NCBI GenBank assembly: GCA_965285935.1
Contig: OZ260663.1
Location: forward strand, 75,888,001 to 75,952,000
Source of the DNA: Ophelia neglecta
Lineage: Eukaryota
Length of the DNA: 64,000 nt
Reading direction: 5' to 3'
Within the stretch, counting starts at the first letter, position 1. Every line of letters begins with the position of its first letter. The notes beneath the pieces are model-generated. The model saw nothing but the letters and a program-made list of their open reading frames with translations. It made no database searches and was not told where the DNA came from. The translations under genes were made by a program, and so were the position numbers. Positions 14,262 through 26,026 of this stretch are shown here, piece after piece.

Positions 14262-14422
14262 AAAAAGGTATGGGTCCCACTGTATTGGACGGGCTACCGA
14301 ACGCCGCCTATTCACAGGCGCGATCCCACTACTGCTCGACACGGAGACTTTTGCCTGCTGCGTTTCCGCCCTGGGCCGGTACGTCTCTCCTTAGACAACC
14401 TGGTACCCCTGGACTCCTCCGA
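14262..14422 (-). pseudogene. 7SL (SRP) RNA copy lacking its 5' 142 nt
   Basis: Identical to 30807-30967 of the full 7SL gene and ends in a T5 terminator. The junction is at CCGA (14419-14422), beyond which the sequence resembles the upstream flank of the full gene. Confidence 0.9.
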
Positions 14423-15341
14423 CAACGCATCTTTAAGTGGTCTATTCTATACTGAGTTGGTCTACAACATATGTGGGATGATAACCTGTTCCTCGCCGAA
14501 CGAAAAGATAGGGTGTTTTGCGGCACAATTTTCAGATAAAACCTTATACTGCCCGAGTCTCAGCTTTTGCTTCAGTGATACATTGTCAAAAGTAATTGGT
14601 ATCAGTACACTTGTTTAATACAAATGCCGGTTCTTTTGTACTCTACAGGCTATCCATTTTCCATTGGTGGCCATTATGACATTTGTCTCAATTGCGTACA
14701 TTTCGACCGTTTCGGCCATTTGCTGCTTAACTGTAAAAATGTAATGTATACATAATATAATAATTTCACGGAAGCAAGCGTTTTTATTCTTCACAAATTA
14801 CGATAAAAGCGACCGGGTAACAGCGGGCTATGAAGAGTGCATCACGAAACTCGAACAATCCCATTGTCATATTAACAAAATTGGAAATAACATTTCTATT
14901 CAGCGAAATTCTTTGAAAAAGTTACTATCGGTGGGAACTTAGTACTACGCTCTGTGCACTGCTCCCATTTAATTTGCATTATATAGATTGTCCGGACATA
15001 CAGTAATGAAATAGCTTTATAAATGCACAGATTTACAATAGTGTGTTATTCCATTGCCATCAGTAATTTTGGTTTTCTGTTTCACCATGATTAAGCGCTT
15101 GTTCTGCATGTTTACTACTTCAACACAGCGACATGCTCACTTTCCATGCCCAACATACCTTACCCACCCTGCCCACCTATCCGAACTCATTTGAACATTC
15201 TTCAACATACCCCCCATTCACAGTAATTAAAACTATAGAGAAACCATCGAAATCACCAAGGGTTTTATTTAGATACAGATATAATTGTTACACAAACTAA
15301 TAGTGGTTTGTTTTCCTTTAAAGGTAAATGACACGATAGTC

Positions 15342-18300
15342 TTAACAACAGGTGTTTGTGTTCAACTCAGACAAGGGAAGCTCTATAAGACTGTGGTCCG
15401 GATTATTCAACGTGTCTTCTCCTAATGTATTCATCGCGTTTGTTTTGTCATTTTGTCTACGGCAGCAATTTGAAGAGCATTTCCTTTCCTTGTACGACGG
15501 TAAAAATGGTATGTACGAACAGCACTTGTTGCGCAATAACTTTGAAGATATCAGTGGTAGGTCATAAATAGAGGCATCCTTGTCCGGCATTTTGTCAGTC
15601 CTGCCCAGTTGTACTTGGTAAGAAATCAGTCCACGTTCTGCAGGTGAACCTTGAAAACAAAATCTACAAGTTTTTTATACAAATTTTATAACAAGACCAA
15701 GACTGTCGATACTGTTAAGCAGTTGTTTATACGAAACGTCAAGCGCATTAATTATACTCTCAAGCAATGATCTTTAAAAATTTTGATTTTTGAGAAGATT
15801 CAATTTCGATAAGTGTTTTGATACCTGGAATAAGATTGTCCAGGGTAAATCCAATAAACGAACCAATAAACATGCTAGTGCCTAATAAACCTCTCACGAT
15901 GTCGTCAAAAATGACATAGCCTGTGGCGGGAAATAAGTCATTACACAGAAATGATGATAATGTTCAGGAATAAATAGTCTGATTGATGCAAAAGTTTGGC
16001 AATTCCTTAGAGTCAGACTCTCATTGCGATAAATATGGGCAAAAGGAAATACTGATTAGTGCAGGTTATTTTTGATTATCATTTAAAATTTAAACAACGC
16101 GAGGGAAGTTGTGTATGTATTAAAGCTTAACATGTATTACGCCATGACTGTCATTGGTGCCTTCCATCATAAAAATGGGAACCGATACCCGGCAGGCAAA
16201 GTTCGCTAACCGTTAATCAGCTTATTACGAAACTAATAAGAAAATGTAAATTGCTATCCCTTGGAATGAGAATGAGTCACTTATGAATTCCTAGCAAGAA
16301 TATGTACAGTTAGAGAATGTGGATTGATGTTTGTTTGTGGGCCTGTAGCTGAAAAGACAGTTCCTGATGATTTCAGACCCATTTGATGGAATATTCTTGA
16401 TTAAAGGTTTCGGTTTGTCTGGTGTCCGCTCTCTGGTTTTGCTTTTTGTTTTCTTCTGAATCTAGATATGTTTGGCATCATCATTTGACATATCATTTAT
16501 CAAGAACAGTCCATTTAATTAGTTCGAAACCAAGGTATCTTTTATATCAGATGTTTGAATTGTATATGTTACAAGGAAATAATCGCCATGTCCTCATAAA
16601 ATGATTTGAAAGTGTTCAAATTGACTCATGGTGTTATTGCGTCTGTTCTAATTAAAAGAAAGGCATAAATCTTCAGAAACAAATTAAGCATTAAATAGCA
16701 GGGTTTTTTTTACTTAATACGACATTATGTGTGGGTTATTTTTTTTTTTTGAAACCAGAAGTAGTGTTTATGAAGAATTCATTTAATAGTATGATTTTAT
16801 TTCTGGACTATCTACACCTGGAGCTGGAGGGTAGACAATATTGTAAAGCAAGTGTTCTGTTGTTTAAACAATTGTCCACCTGCTAGGTCTCATGACTTCA
16901 AGCCAAGCCAAGAGTTAGGCTTTTCAGCATTATGCATTGCATTTTAACTTTTACCCAAGTCCTTGCATTATGTTTCAAGACTCTTCATGGTAGTCTGCTT
17001 CCCATGAGACTCTTCTCTGTTCCCTGTTCTTAGGACATTAGGCATATTTGTATGTACGACCAGGGTTACTTATATTAAGTCGAGGTTACCACTAACACTG
17101 TAGCCACATAACTCATATCTAAAACTAGGAAACAGTTATCCATAACACAAGAAGAGGTCGTTGTATTTGTTCCAGGATTCGCCGTATGCATTTTCTAAAC
17201 AGACTGAGAAAAAAATCTTACAGGCAATAGATTTTAGATCAGAGTAACTGATCTTATGTGATGGTGTTTTTTAAAAGACACACATAATTTTATACTGATA
17301 TCATGGGTGTCTCTGTGTCCTTTGTTTCTAAATAAATTATAATATGCCAAAAATTTTAAAGTATGAATAATACAATATCTTTCCTGCCCTCTCGGTTGTA
17401 CCACACATTTTATATTATATTATATATTTTTCCCAAAATGTTATAACTATAACTAGAAGTCTATATAAATCGTACATATGCTCTCATCGTTTGCGTTACC
17501 TTATATTTTAGAGAGAGTTTACAGAGTGTCTTTCAATTATATTTAAAGCATGAGAATCTTACAAAAGAAAAATTATATGGCGTTTATATTAAATCGTTTA
17601 GATATGACATGAAATCAAAAGTCATTTTGTGTGCTCACCTGTGTTTAAAATTTCGGGGTTGTCTGCAATCCAGAAAGGCACCGCCAATCCCATAATAATA
17701 CTAACCCCAAAAGTCATCAGGTTTCTGGCGGCATTCATATCAAGATGCTGTAAGTGGCTGATACCTATGCTTGTTAACATTCCCAATCCGATGATATTAT
17801 ATCCCCCTTTATGAGAGATAGTGTTATATTAAACATTCGTGCACATAGTTAGGGACATACAGAATATACGGCCATTGCTTTTTCTTTGATATTCCGTAAT
17901 CGCATTCTTAATTTTCCACACCAATTCTCAGTATCCAAGATACCTCAAACAAGTAGTATTCGTCTATAATACTTGATTTTTCGAACTTCCTGTTCGACCA
18001 CTAATTCAGCTATCGCTGCCCAGCCCGGCTACGCAGTTTCATTGAAGGCGATAGTGTTCGATAGAACGCGGAGTTCAAATGCAATCTAAATAAGAAACAT
18101 TAGACTAACAGAGAAAGAAGTGGAAATTAACGAGTTCGACACGTCCGATCAACACGTTTCGGAGCTTAATATCAGACTTTAATACAGCATAACATCCATT
18201 TTTATAGGCGAAAATCGAACTGTCTGCTTAACCGAAACAAACTGATACATTTCGGGACTTACGGAGATAGCTAGATGCACTGCTCATAACTTGACACGTG

Positions 18301-21300
18301 TTGATTACTAAGCAGCGCTTTCACGCCTTCAACCGTAGGCTTCTGTGTTATTTCTAATTTAAGGCTCATAAAAGGCCATCTTTACGTGTTGCACCGTTTA
18401 TCGGCATAAACCCTCGCGCATCGAAATGCCATGTAAAACGGAGACCCTTCGTTTCATAATATTTTGACGTGTTGTCCTTTTATCAATCGCTTAGCGGCTA
18501 TTAAATTTTACACCATTCTGAATGTCACTTTTCGATTTGACATATGCCTGTACTTGTACTGGAATATTTGCATTTTGTAACGAAATTGTGATCGCCTCGT
18601 TTATAGAAACGATAGTGGTCGACCAGGAAGTTTGAAAAATCGTCTTGTAATTACCTAGTATGGGTTCTGGAATCATCGCCAATGCTCCGCTAAATTTAGC
18701 AATTACACCTGCAACTATTAAAGCAACACTATATAGTTGCCATGTCGTTCTGCTGGCCATCTGAAATATTATAATTTCCACAAAATGTAAGACATAATTA
18801 TGGAAAAAACATTCATGTTATTGTAAAACCAAAATGTGTGACTAAATAGCTACAAGAGTATAGAGTCGGATTTTGTGGTCTTACATTATCATTTTTAGGT
18901 CCTACCTCAAGAAGCTTTCTACTTATAGCACATTTATTGGCGAGGTCAATATTACAGCAGTTTTAAACATTGTCGGTAAAATAAAAAGCTAAATCTAGCG
19001 GTGGTGTTGATATTAAATTGTAGCTACCATGTGTTATGCTCAAAATCATCTATTCACCTAAGAGGAACTTACGCCGATAAGCAACATTTTATTACTCTTA
19101 CTGACCCTATCTTAAAAAAATTCTGCGTCTTAAACTTGAAGATCTGTTCATCAAAAGTGTGTTTCCTTATACAATAATTATTTAACATTATATGCAAACT
19201 GTCGTTGACAAACTACGTTTTTATATTTGATTCTTGATCTTCCGACCCACATGTACTTACCCCACTGACGTTTATGAAGGAAACCGGTTCACTGTACGAT
19301 ACTGTTCCAATTCCCATGTTTAGAGAACCACATATGACATTAAGCAGACCCTCTGTGGCTAATGCTCTATTGATTGCATGTTTAGGTGGTGAAGACTTTT
19401 CACAGCAGGCGGCCAACACGTAATAATCGCCAATTGATTCCAACATGCCGACTAAGCTTGCAGCCAGGTAGGAACACATGATTCCGGCGTCAAATAATGG
19501 TGTTCCCCACCTTCCTTTCAAGGAAAATGAAGTTAAACATACGGGTGCATAGTATTATTGGTCGTCAATGTACATATAGCTTCCTCGTTGAATACTATCC
19601 TACTTTGACAGTGCGAAATAGAGTTAAAAGTAAGATTAGATACTTAGACATGATTACTACCACTGACAATAAAATAATTTGACACAAACTTCATACCAAG
19701 TGCCAGATAATCTATTCGTATGATGAACATAGGTATAATTCAGTATATGAAACGAGAGTCGTCCCTTGTATATTTCGTACCTTGCTTCACTGTCTTTTGC
19801 ATTTAAAATAACATTAACGAATAATAAACGCTTAAAATAGTTCTTCTGGGTCAATGAAATTTCTCTGAATCCTCTAACTGTTTCTTTTCTTTTTTTCCTT
19901 TAGTTCTCATTTTACTTCATGACACCGGCGTATCCATTTACTATTTATACAAGTGTATACATCTAATCTCCATCTTTTTAATTCATCGCACTCACTATCA
20001 ATTGGAATACATTTTGTGCAACTAAGTTGAGGAACCAAATTTCAGTCTCGTCCTGTTAGTTCCTTTCCTATCGGCATTTTAACTAGAAACTGCATTACTG
20101 TATTATTATATTATGCATATGTCGTATACAACAATCAAGAACAAACGGGAGACGATACACAGCCGACAAAGCAAAACATTGATCAAGAATAGACCATTAA
20201 ATTGGTCCGATAACATCAGAAACCATCATCTGCATGCATTAACACCCTAATTCCCGACTGCAAATAAGCTTGTAATAAAATGTCTAACAATGCTAAACTT
20301 GTTATCACTTGGGAGAGACGAAGTCAAAAGTGGCCAATGATACAGGCCAAGGCACAAAGAAACGAGCCGGGGTCAAACAGAGGGACAATGATGAAAAATC
20401 CCCTAACATAGTTGGCCTGAGCTCATTAATAAATGTGAGACTAAAGATGAATTTGTCTCGATAGAAAAATACAAAAAAAATGAATGTAAAACCTTCTTGT
20501 AATCGAAAGAGGGAAGTAATATTATATATCTTCTAGATACTGCAATAAAATAGATAATTCCATAGGGTGGAACCTAAATGTTTATCGCTTTCTGTTATAT
20601 GCTGCCTGCTTATTTTTATGGAAGATTCAAAAAGTCTGCATTGAATAGATTAATCCGTCTGTTTAGAAAGTCTGCGATGTCTCTGTTCTTCTCTATGTAA
20701 TTCCATGTTCGTCTATTGTGGTGCGCAACAGCCTTATATACTGTTAAGAGTAATTATAGTAGTTAATTATCTTTTCGTTTTGGTCTTAAATGTCGCATTT
20801 CCTGAGTCATTTGGCATCAATTAGACAATAACGTATCACGACAAACTTAATGATTATTAGGGCCTACTGCAGCGTTACCTAAGCTAAGACGGTCAACAGT
20901 TAGATATTAGGATCTGAATCTTGGATTGAAATGTGTTAAATGTCCTGCTATACGTCCTGTACAACCCTAGTATATTTAGGAATTAGATGTATTTCAATTT
21001 GACCTATCCGTGATTTAAGTAGTTTTAAAGCTATTATTGTTCTCAGTATTACTATAATTACTATATGAATTACTATTAGTATGAGTGGAAGTGATAGGGA
21101 AAGAAATAGCAGGAGTGGTAGAAATAGTAGTGGAAGTGGCAGCAGCAGCAGTAGCAGTTGTATGACTCTAGTTTGATTTGGTTTTATCAATTGTATTTCC
21201 ATTTTCTACTATTCATGCTTCTTTTCTTTTTTAATTTTCTGCAATTTTTTTCATATTAATTCGTTACAGACATTGTCGTAAGGTTCTTTCTTTGATAAGA

Positions 21301-24300
21301 TTTTAAACTTTTTCATAAACAAGCTTTTTTGTAAATTTGTTATTATAGAAAGTTGTGCTAGAAACATTTTTTAACCAAACAACTGAACTAACAACATAAT
21401 GCTAAGATTGTTGGAACGCATATCCATAAGCAATAAAATTTAAATCGTTTCAAAATCGCATGTTGTTTGCCTTTAGGCAATAGCTGGCACACTTATACGA
21501 TTACCTGGATATGGAAAGTAGAACCACTTTGAATGGCGAAGACTTTCCAATTTGACATCTGTTCTGGCCTTATAATAAGGATGACTTGGATCATTTGGAA
21601 ATGTGTCTGTTACTGTCAGTATGTAACATAGTAACCAAGGCACAACTAGGGCTATCAGTTTCTAGAGTTAAAGAAAATCAATCACAGATCTGTATAGGTA
21701 ATTTGGAACCAAAATTTGATATGGCACAATCCGAGTCTATAGAAGGAAACAATGTTTAGGGGTTTCCTGAAGATACACAATTTGTGGTTCATATGTTTGG
21801 TAATAACTTCCTTTTTGCATATGAAATTTGACAGAGTAGTGGTCCATAAAACACACAAAATATGTCATTTGTATATTGAATGACCATCCATTCTTAAGCA
21901 AATGTATATCATTAACTTACTGGAAATAACCTAAATAAATAATACTTCTCCCCGCGTTTGAAACCATCTCTCTTGTTGCAGGTTGGCAAAGGAACCTGTA
22001 CATCTCTGAGGCCAATTGCACAAACTATAACAATCGTGGCAGTTCTGGAAACAAATATAGTGTGTTATTCACAATGAACACTAAGACTGAAACCGACAAC
22101 ATACATGCATTAGCATAGATATAAACGTTTATCATAAGATCCATTGATTGATTTATTTTCGTTACAACAATACAAATAAGCATATAAAAATTTTGTTAAA
22201 CAACTGTGCCTTAAAAATATATTAATCAGGGAGCATCAGCTATACATAGCTATCCTTATAACAGTATATTCGCAGAAAGTTACAAAGTACCAAATTGTAT
22301 GCAAATGAGAATAGTAAAAAAAATAACATTATCTGTTTTGTCAGCAAAAGGTACTAATCATTTTACAATATAAAAATAACATGATTTCGAGGGAGTTATA
22401 CTTTTTTAGCGGCACTCGGATAATCATTAGCGCCCGAAGCCCAGGAGAGGGTGCTAATGACAATGAAGGGCTTAATATCGTTGATGGAAGGACGCTAATA
22501 TAGCTCAGCTAAAGGAACTTTTTTACTAATATTGTCATCTTCAACATTACTTTACTGGTACAGGTAAGTCGAAAAAAACAATAATACACTGGTTTGATAA
22601 CAGAAATCTTTATTTGTATTGTATTGACTCATGACTAAACTAGCGCACCGGTGTCCTAGCTGCTTCCTCCCCTGGGTACTCCCGCCCTTGCATACCCTCG
22701 ACCCTACATACCCTCTCCCCTGCATTACAAATACTACTATCGCTCGACGGCAAGTTGCCTGCAGGTAGCTTTCATAAACAGCCCGACCACCTTATGTGTA
22801 TCTCAATCATGATAAGCAGTCACTCATTGTCATGGGCAAGAATGTGTTTGGTTTTTAATGAATTTACGATCTTCGAAAGGAAGCTGTGTAAATAACACTA
22901 AATAAGAATCCAGACAGTAGCTGCTATAACTTACAATATGGCGATAACCCACTGGTGCTGGGATGAGTTGATGACTGCTGGGTAGAGAGAGAGACCGACG
23001 AGAGAGATGGCGGGAGCGATGGTCAAAGGTCCTACGTAGGGGATGAGCAAGCCGAACACTCCGGTCAGACCCAGAAGTACTTGAATGGCTGCCGCCACCA
23101 TAAGAGACCCAGATACCTGAGGGTTTTAAACTTATACCATTTCAAGCATCTAAATTTGGTTTCGACTTAATAGCTTATCTGCCTCTTATTCCATTCCAGT
23201 TAATTTATCATTAGTCATACTGAANNNNNNNNNNNNNNNNNNNNNNNNNNNNNNNNNNNNNNNNNNNNNNNNNNNNNNNNNNNNNNNNNNNNNNNNNNNN
23301 NNNNNNNNNNNNNNNNNNNNNNNNNNNNNNNNNNNNNNNNNNNNNNNNNNNNNNNNNNNNNNNNNNNNNNNNNNNNNNNNNNNNNNNNNNNNNNNNNNNN
23401 NNNNNNNNNNNNNNNNNNNNNNNNNNNNNNNNNNNNNNCTTGAATTCCATGGTGGCAACTCATCGCTCATTGTTTTATTGAGGTAAGCTGGAATATATGA
23501 AATTACGAAAAGTCGCACAGGATCTAGTAGTTTGTTAAGAAACTGAGCGTAACTTGGAATGCTTTTAAAACTTCTTTTAGTTTACTATCATATTCTTTTT
23601 TTAAACAAAGGTGCGATGGAATAAAGTTGAATATATCGTACCATCTTCACTGGGACATTTATATTTATCGCTCGACATAGCAGCAAATAGTGGGGCAATG
23701 AACAAAAACGACATTCCTTGGACGATTGGCAACCTGAGAAAAAAACCGAAGTTAATTTGTCTATGACCGATAAACATACAAAACGCTAAAACAAAAATTT
23801 GGTTTTGACTTATATCCGCGCGACATCTGATTAAGATTTGTACAATTTATAACATGGAGTCCGATAAAGTAGTTTAATTTAATGTTACAAGAAACAATAT
23901 TTGGCATATTTATCTAGGCTTGACAAAATGCAATAAATAGATCCATACCACGGACACATTGAGTCTATATAACTATATATAAATAAAACCGTTTGCATTG
24001 GGTTGGGGCTAGGGTGGGATTGGTCCGGGTGGGGGTGGGGGGACGGGGGTTGAGCTTGGCTTCATTGAAACTGTTCTGGTGTGATTGCTTTGATGGTAAA
24101 TATTGATGCGGGTGTCGCCAATATTTTATTTTGAAGCAAAAAATTGTCTACCTTATTCCCAAAGAAATCTGCAGTATTGTCCCAATCCCGCAAAGGATCA
24201 CACTACTTGCCACCAACTCCGCTAGGAAACCATAATCGTCCCCTCCACAAACCGCAGAATGGACCAGCGATGCAAGCACAACCTTCCCAGGAGAGTTCAT

Positions 24301-26026
24301 TACTACTTGCTGAATAAGAAACATCTCAGTATTATGATTCGACGACTATGTAAATTATGTCATATTTATAAGTTATTAATGGTCAAATAGTGCCAACCCG
24401 GAGGCAACTGAACACTGTAAGCAATTAAAAAGATGTGGCAGAAAGACTAAATAGAATTATATAGTCCGCGAGCGTAATGGGGAATATTGACGCCTGTGTC
24501 AAATTTCAAATACTCTTTCAGAACACTAAATGGTAAGGTTAAATGTAAAGAGCCTAAAAAAAGGTTGACCGGGCCAGACGGACATGGAAATTTAACAATG
24601 CTGTTTTACAGGAAGAATTATTTCTGCAAGCAGATACAAAATTACTTAACTTTTTTGGAAAAATTAAAACCACAAGCTGAAGAAAAGTATAGACATTTGG
24701 TATTGTGGTGGGAAGAAGGCAAACAACGAATCAAGAAAATAGCTATGGCATCTAGTAAGAAAAAATGAAGTCTGAAGACCTGCTACACGTAGCACATAAA
24801 AATCATGTTTTGGAAGATAACTTAGATTACTATGACCAAGTAGATATTACTGTATTGGCAAGTGAGAAAAAAATCTTGAATGATTTATAAACAATCTAGA
24901 AGACAAAAGTCTAGGAGTTTGAAGAAGGGAAAAATCCGCAGAAAATTATTTAAACCTAGAAATAAGCGAACGTTAACAAAAATCGTTAGTGAAGTTATAA
25001 AAACAGATGGTAGCATGGTTTCTGATTTAAAGAAATTTAGAAAATGCAAATTCTGTTGTATAAAATTTGTACATTGAAGATATAGTTGACCCAAAGATTC
25101 AAGTTTGTTTGTGTGAACCGGACAACATTTGTTTGTGTGAACCGGAGAAAATGTTCTAAGTGCAGACGAGAGCTTGAAATGTGAAGGCAACATAAATTAA
25201 AAGAGCTATCCACTGCACTCCATGGCATGAAAAACAAGTCCCCTGGATCAGATGAACTTACTAGAGAATTTTATGATCGAGCGGGTTTTGGAACACTATT
25301 GGGATAGATTTTTGCGAGATATTAAACAGATGGTATACAGCACAAAAACTGGCAAAATCCACGAACTTGGCCGTATCAAAACTACTTTCTTCCTACAGCT
25401 CACCCCTCTTTAAGGGGTCATTCGGGAGCTCCAGATCACCAAATTTCCTCACGAATCGCAAGAACGATCTTAGAACATCAAGCACCCAGCTAGAATTCAA
25501 CTAGAACCCAACCCGGATGTAACGCATGTTATTCAAGAAATGTTAGATATATTTCACACGGTTCGGTGTGACAGGACCATTTAATGCGATTTTTTTGAAA
25601 AGATATTACAACCCATATTCCGTAATTCATTGGAGTGAATCAAAAATGGCACACGGGCTTATATCACATCTTTTTCTACATTTGCTAACAAAATGTGTCT
25701 ATAAATATTTTAAATACTCTGATCCAGCAACTCAGATAAATGTGATTCCGCCTCAAGACCTACCTGATATCTGAACTAAGTCCCACTAGGTTTGCTATCT
25801 AAGTTCAGGAGCAAAACGTAATTGGCATGTAATGCACACCCGATTTAAAATAGACCTTTGTATTCAATAACGTCGGCCAGCCCAGGGTAATAGTCCTTAC
25901 CTGTATAATAAACACCAAGGTTAAGTGCCATGGCGCAGTCTCCTCTACTCGATAGAGTATACCACTCTTTTTGCTGCTTTTCGTGGACGCCAGCCCGCCT
26001 TCAGGATCCTCTTCGGGTCTCATCAT
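15342..26026 (-). CDS. SLC23A-like: SLC23 / nucleobase-ascorbate transporter (NAT/NCS2) family member, divergent
   Basis: Exons: 26026-25901 (ILYRVEETAPWHLTLVFIIQ), ~24309-24152 (GIGTILQISLGIR), ~23733-23640 (LPIVQGMSF), ~23487 into the gap (PWNS), ~23117-22934 (GPLTIAPAISLVGLSL), ~22045-21920, ~21662-21504 (ARTDV...WFYFPYP), ~19515-19261 (WGTP...ESIGDYY...PPKHAINR), ~18760-18655, ~17790-17639 (RNLMTFG), ~15922-15824 (LDNLIP) and ~15650-15342 (GSPAERG). Confidence 0.93.
21040..21165. repeat. Low-complexity degenerate trinucleotide tract (AGT/AGC-rich) in an SLC23 intron
   Basis: Sequence reads agtagtggaagtggcagcagcagcagtagcagt. It gives rise to the spurious Leu-rich ORF 20948-21202. Confidence 0.7.
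22376..22445. repeat. Short dispersed repeat with an inverted copy at ~46328-46397
   Basis: taacatgatttcgagggagttat...tagcggcactcggataatcattagcgcccga aligns with the reverse complement of 46328-46397 (taacattgatttttgagggcgttgt...tagcagcccgacatagtcattagcgcccga). Confidence 0.7.
23225..23438. other. Assembly gap (214 N) that cuts the end of an SLC23 exon
   Basis: Run of n. The exon reading AYLNKTMSDELPPWNS runs into it. Confidence 1.
24620..25340 (+). mobile_element. Degenerate L1/Tx1-clade LINE ORF2 fragment in an SLC23 intron
   Basis: Frameshifted peptides WWEEGKQRIKKIAMASSKK, IVSEVIKTDGSMVSD and NKSPGSDELTREFY (compare KSPGxDGLxxEFY just ahead of the RT domain). Confidence 0.8.

Noticed and set aside
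14262-14422. 7SL-derived SINE or processed retrocopy
   Set aside because: There is no poly(A) tail or target-site duplication, and upstream genomic flank homology is retained, which indicates DNA-level duplication plus deletion.
14270-14455. Duplicated ORF MGPTVLDGLPNAAY... (also at 30815-31015)
   Set aside because: It is the antisense reading of the 7SL RNA sequence, not a protein.
20948-21202. Leu-rich membrane-like ORF
   Set aside because: It is the translation of a low-complexity trinucleotide tract within an intron.
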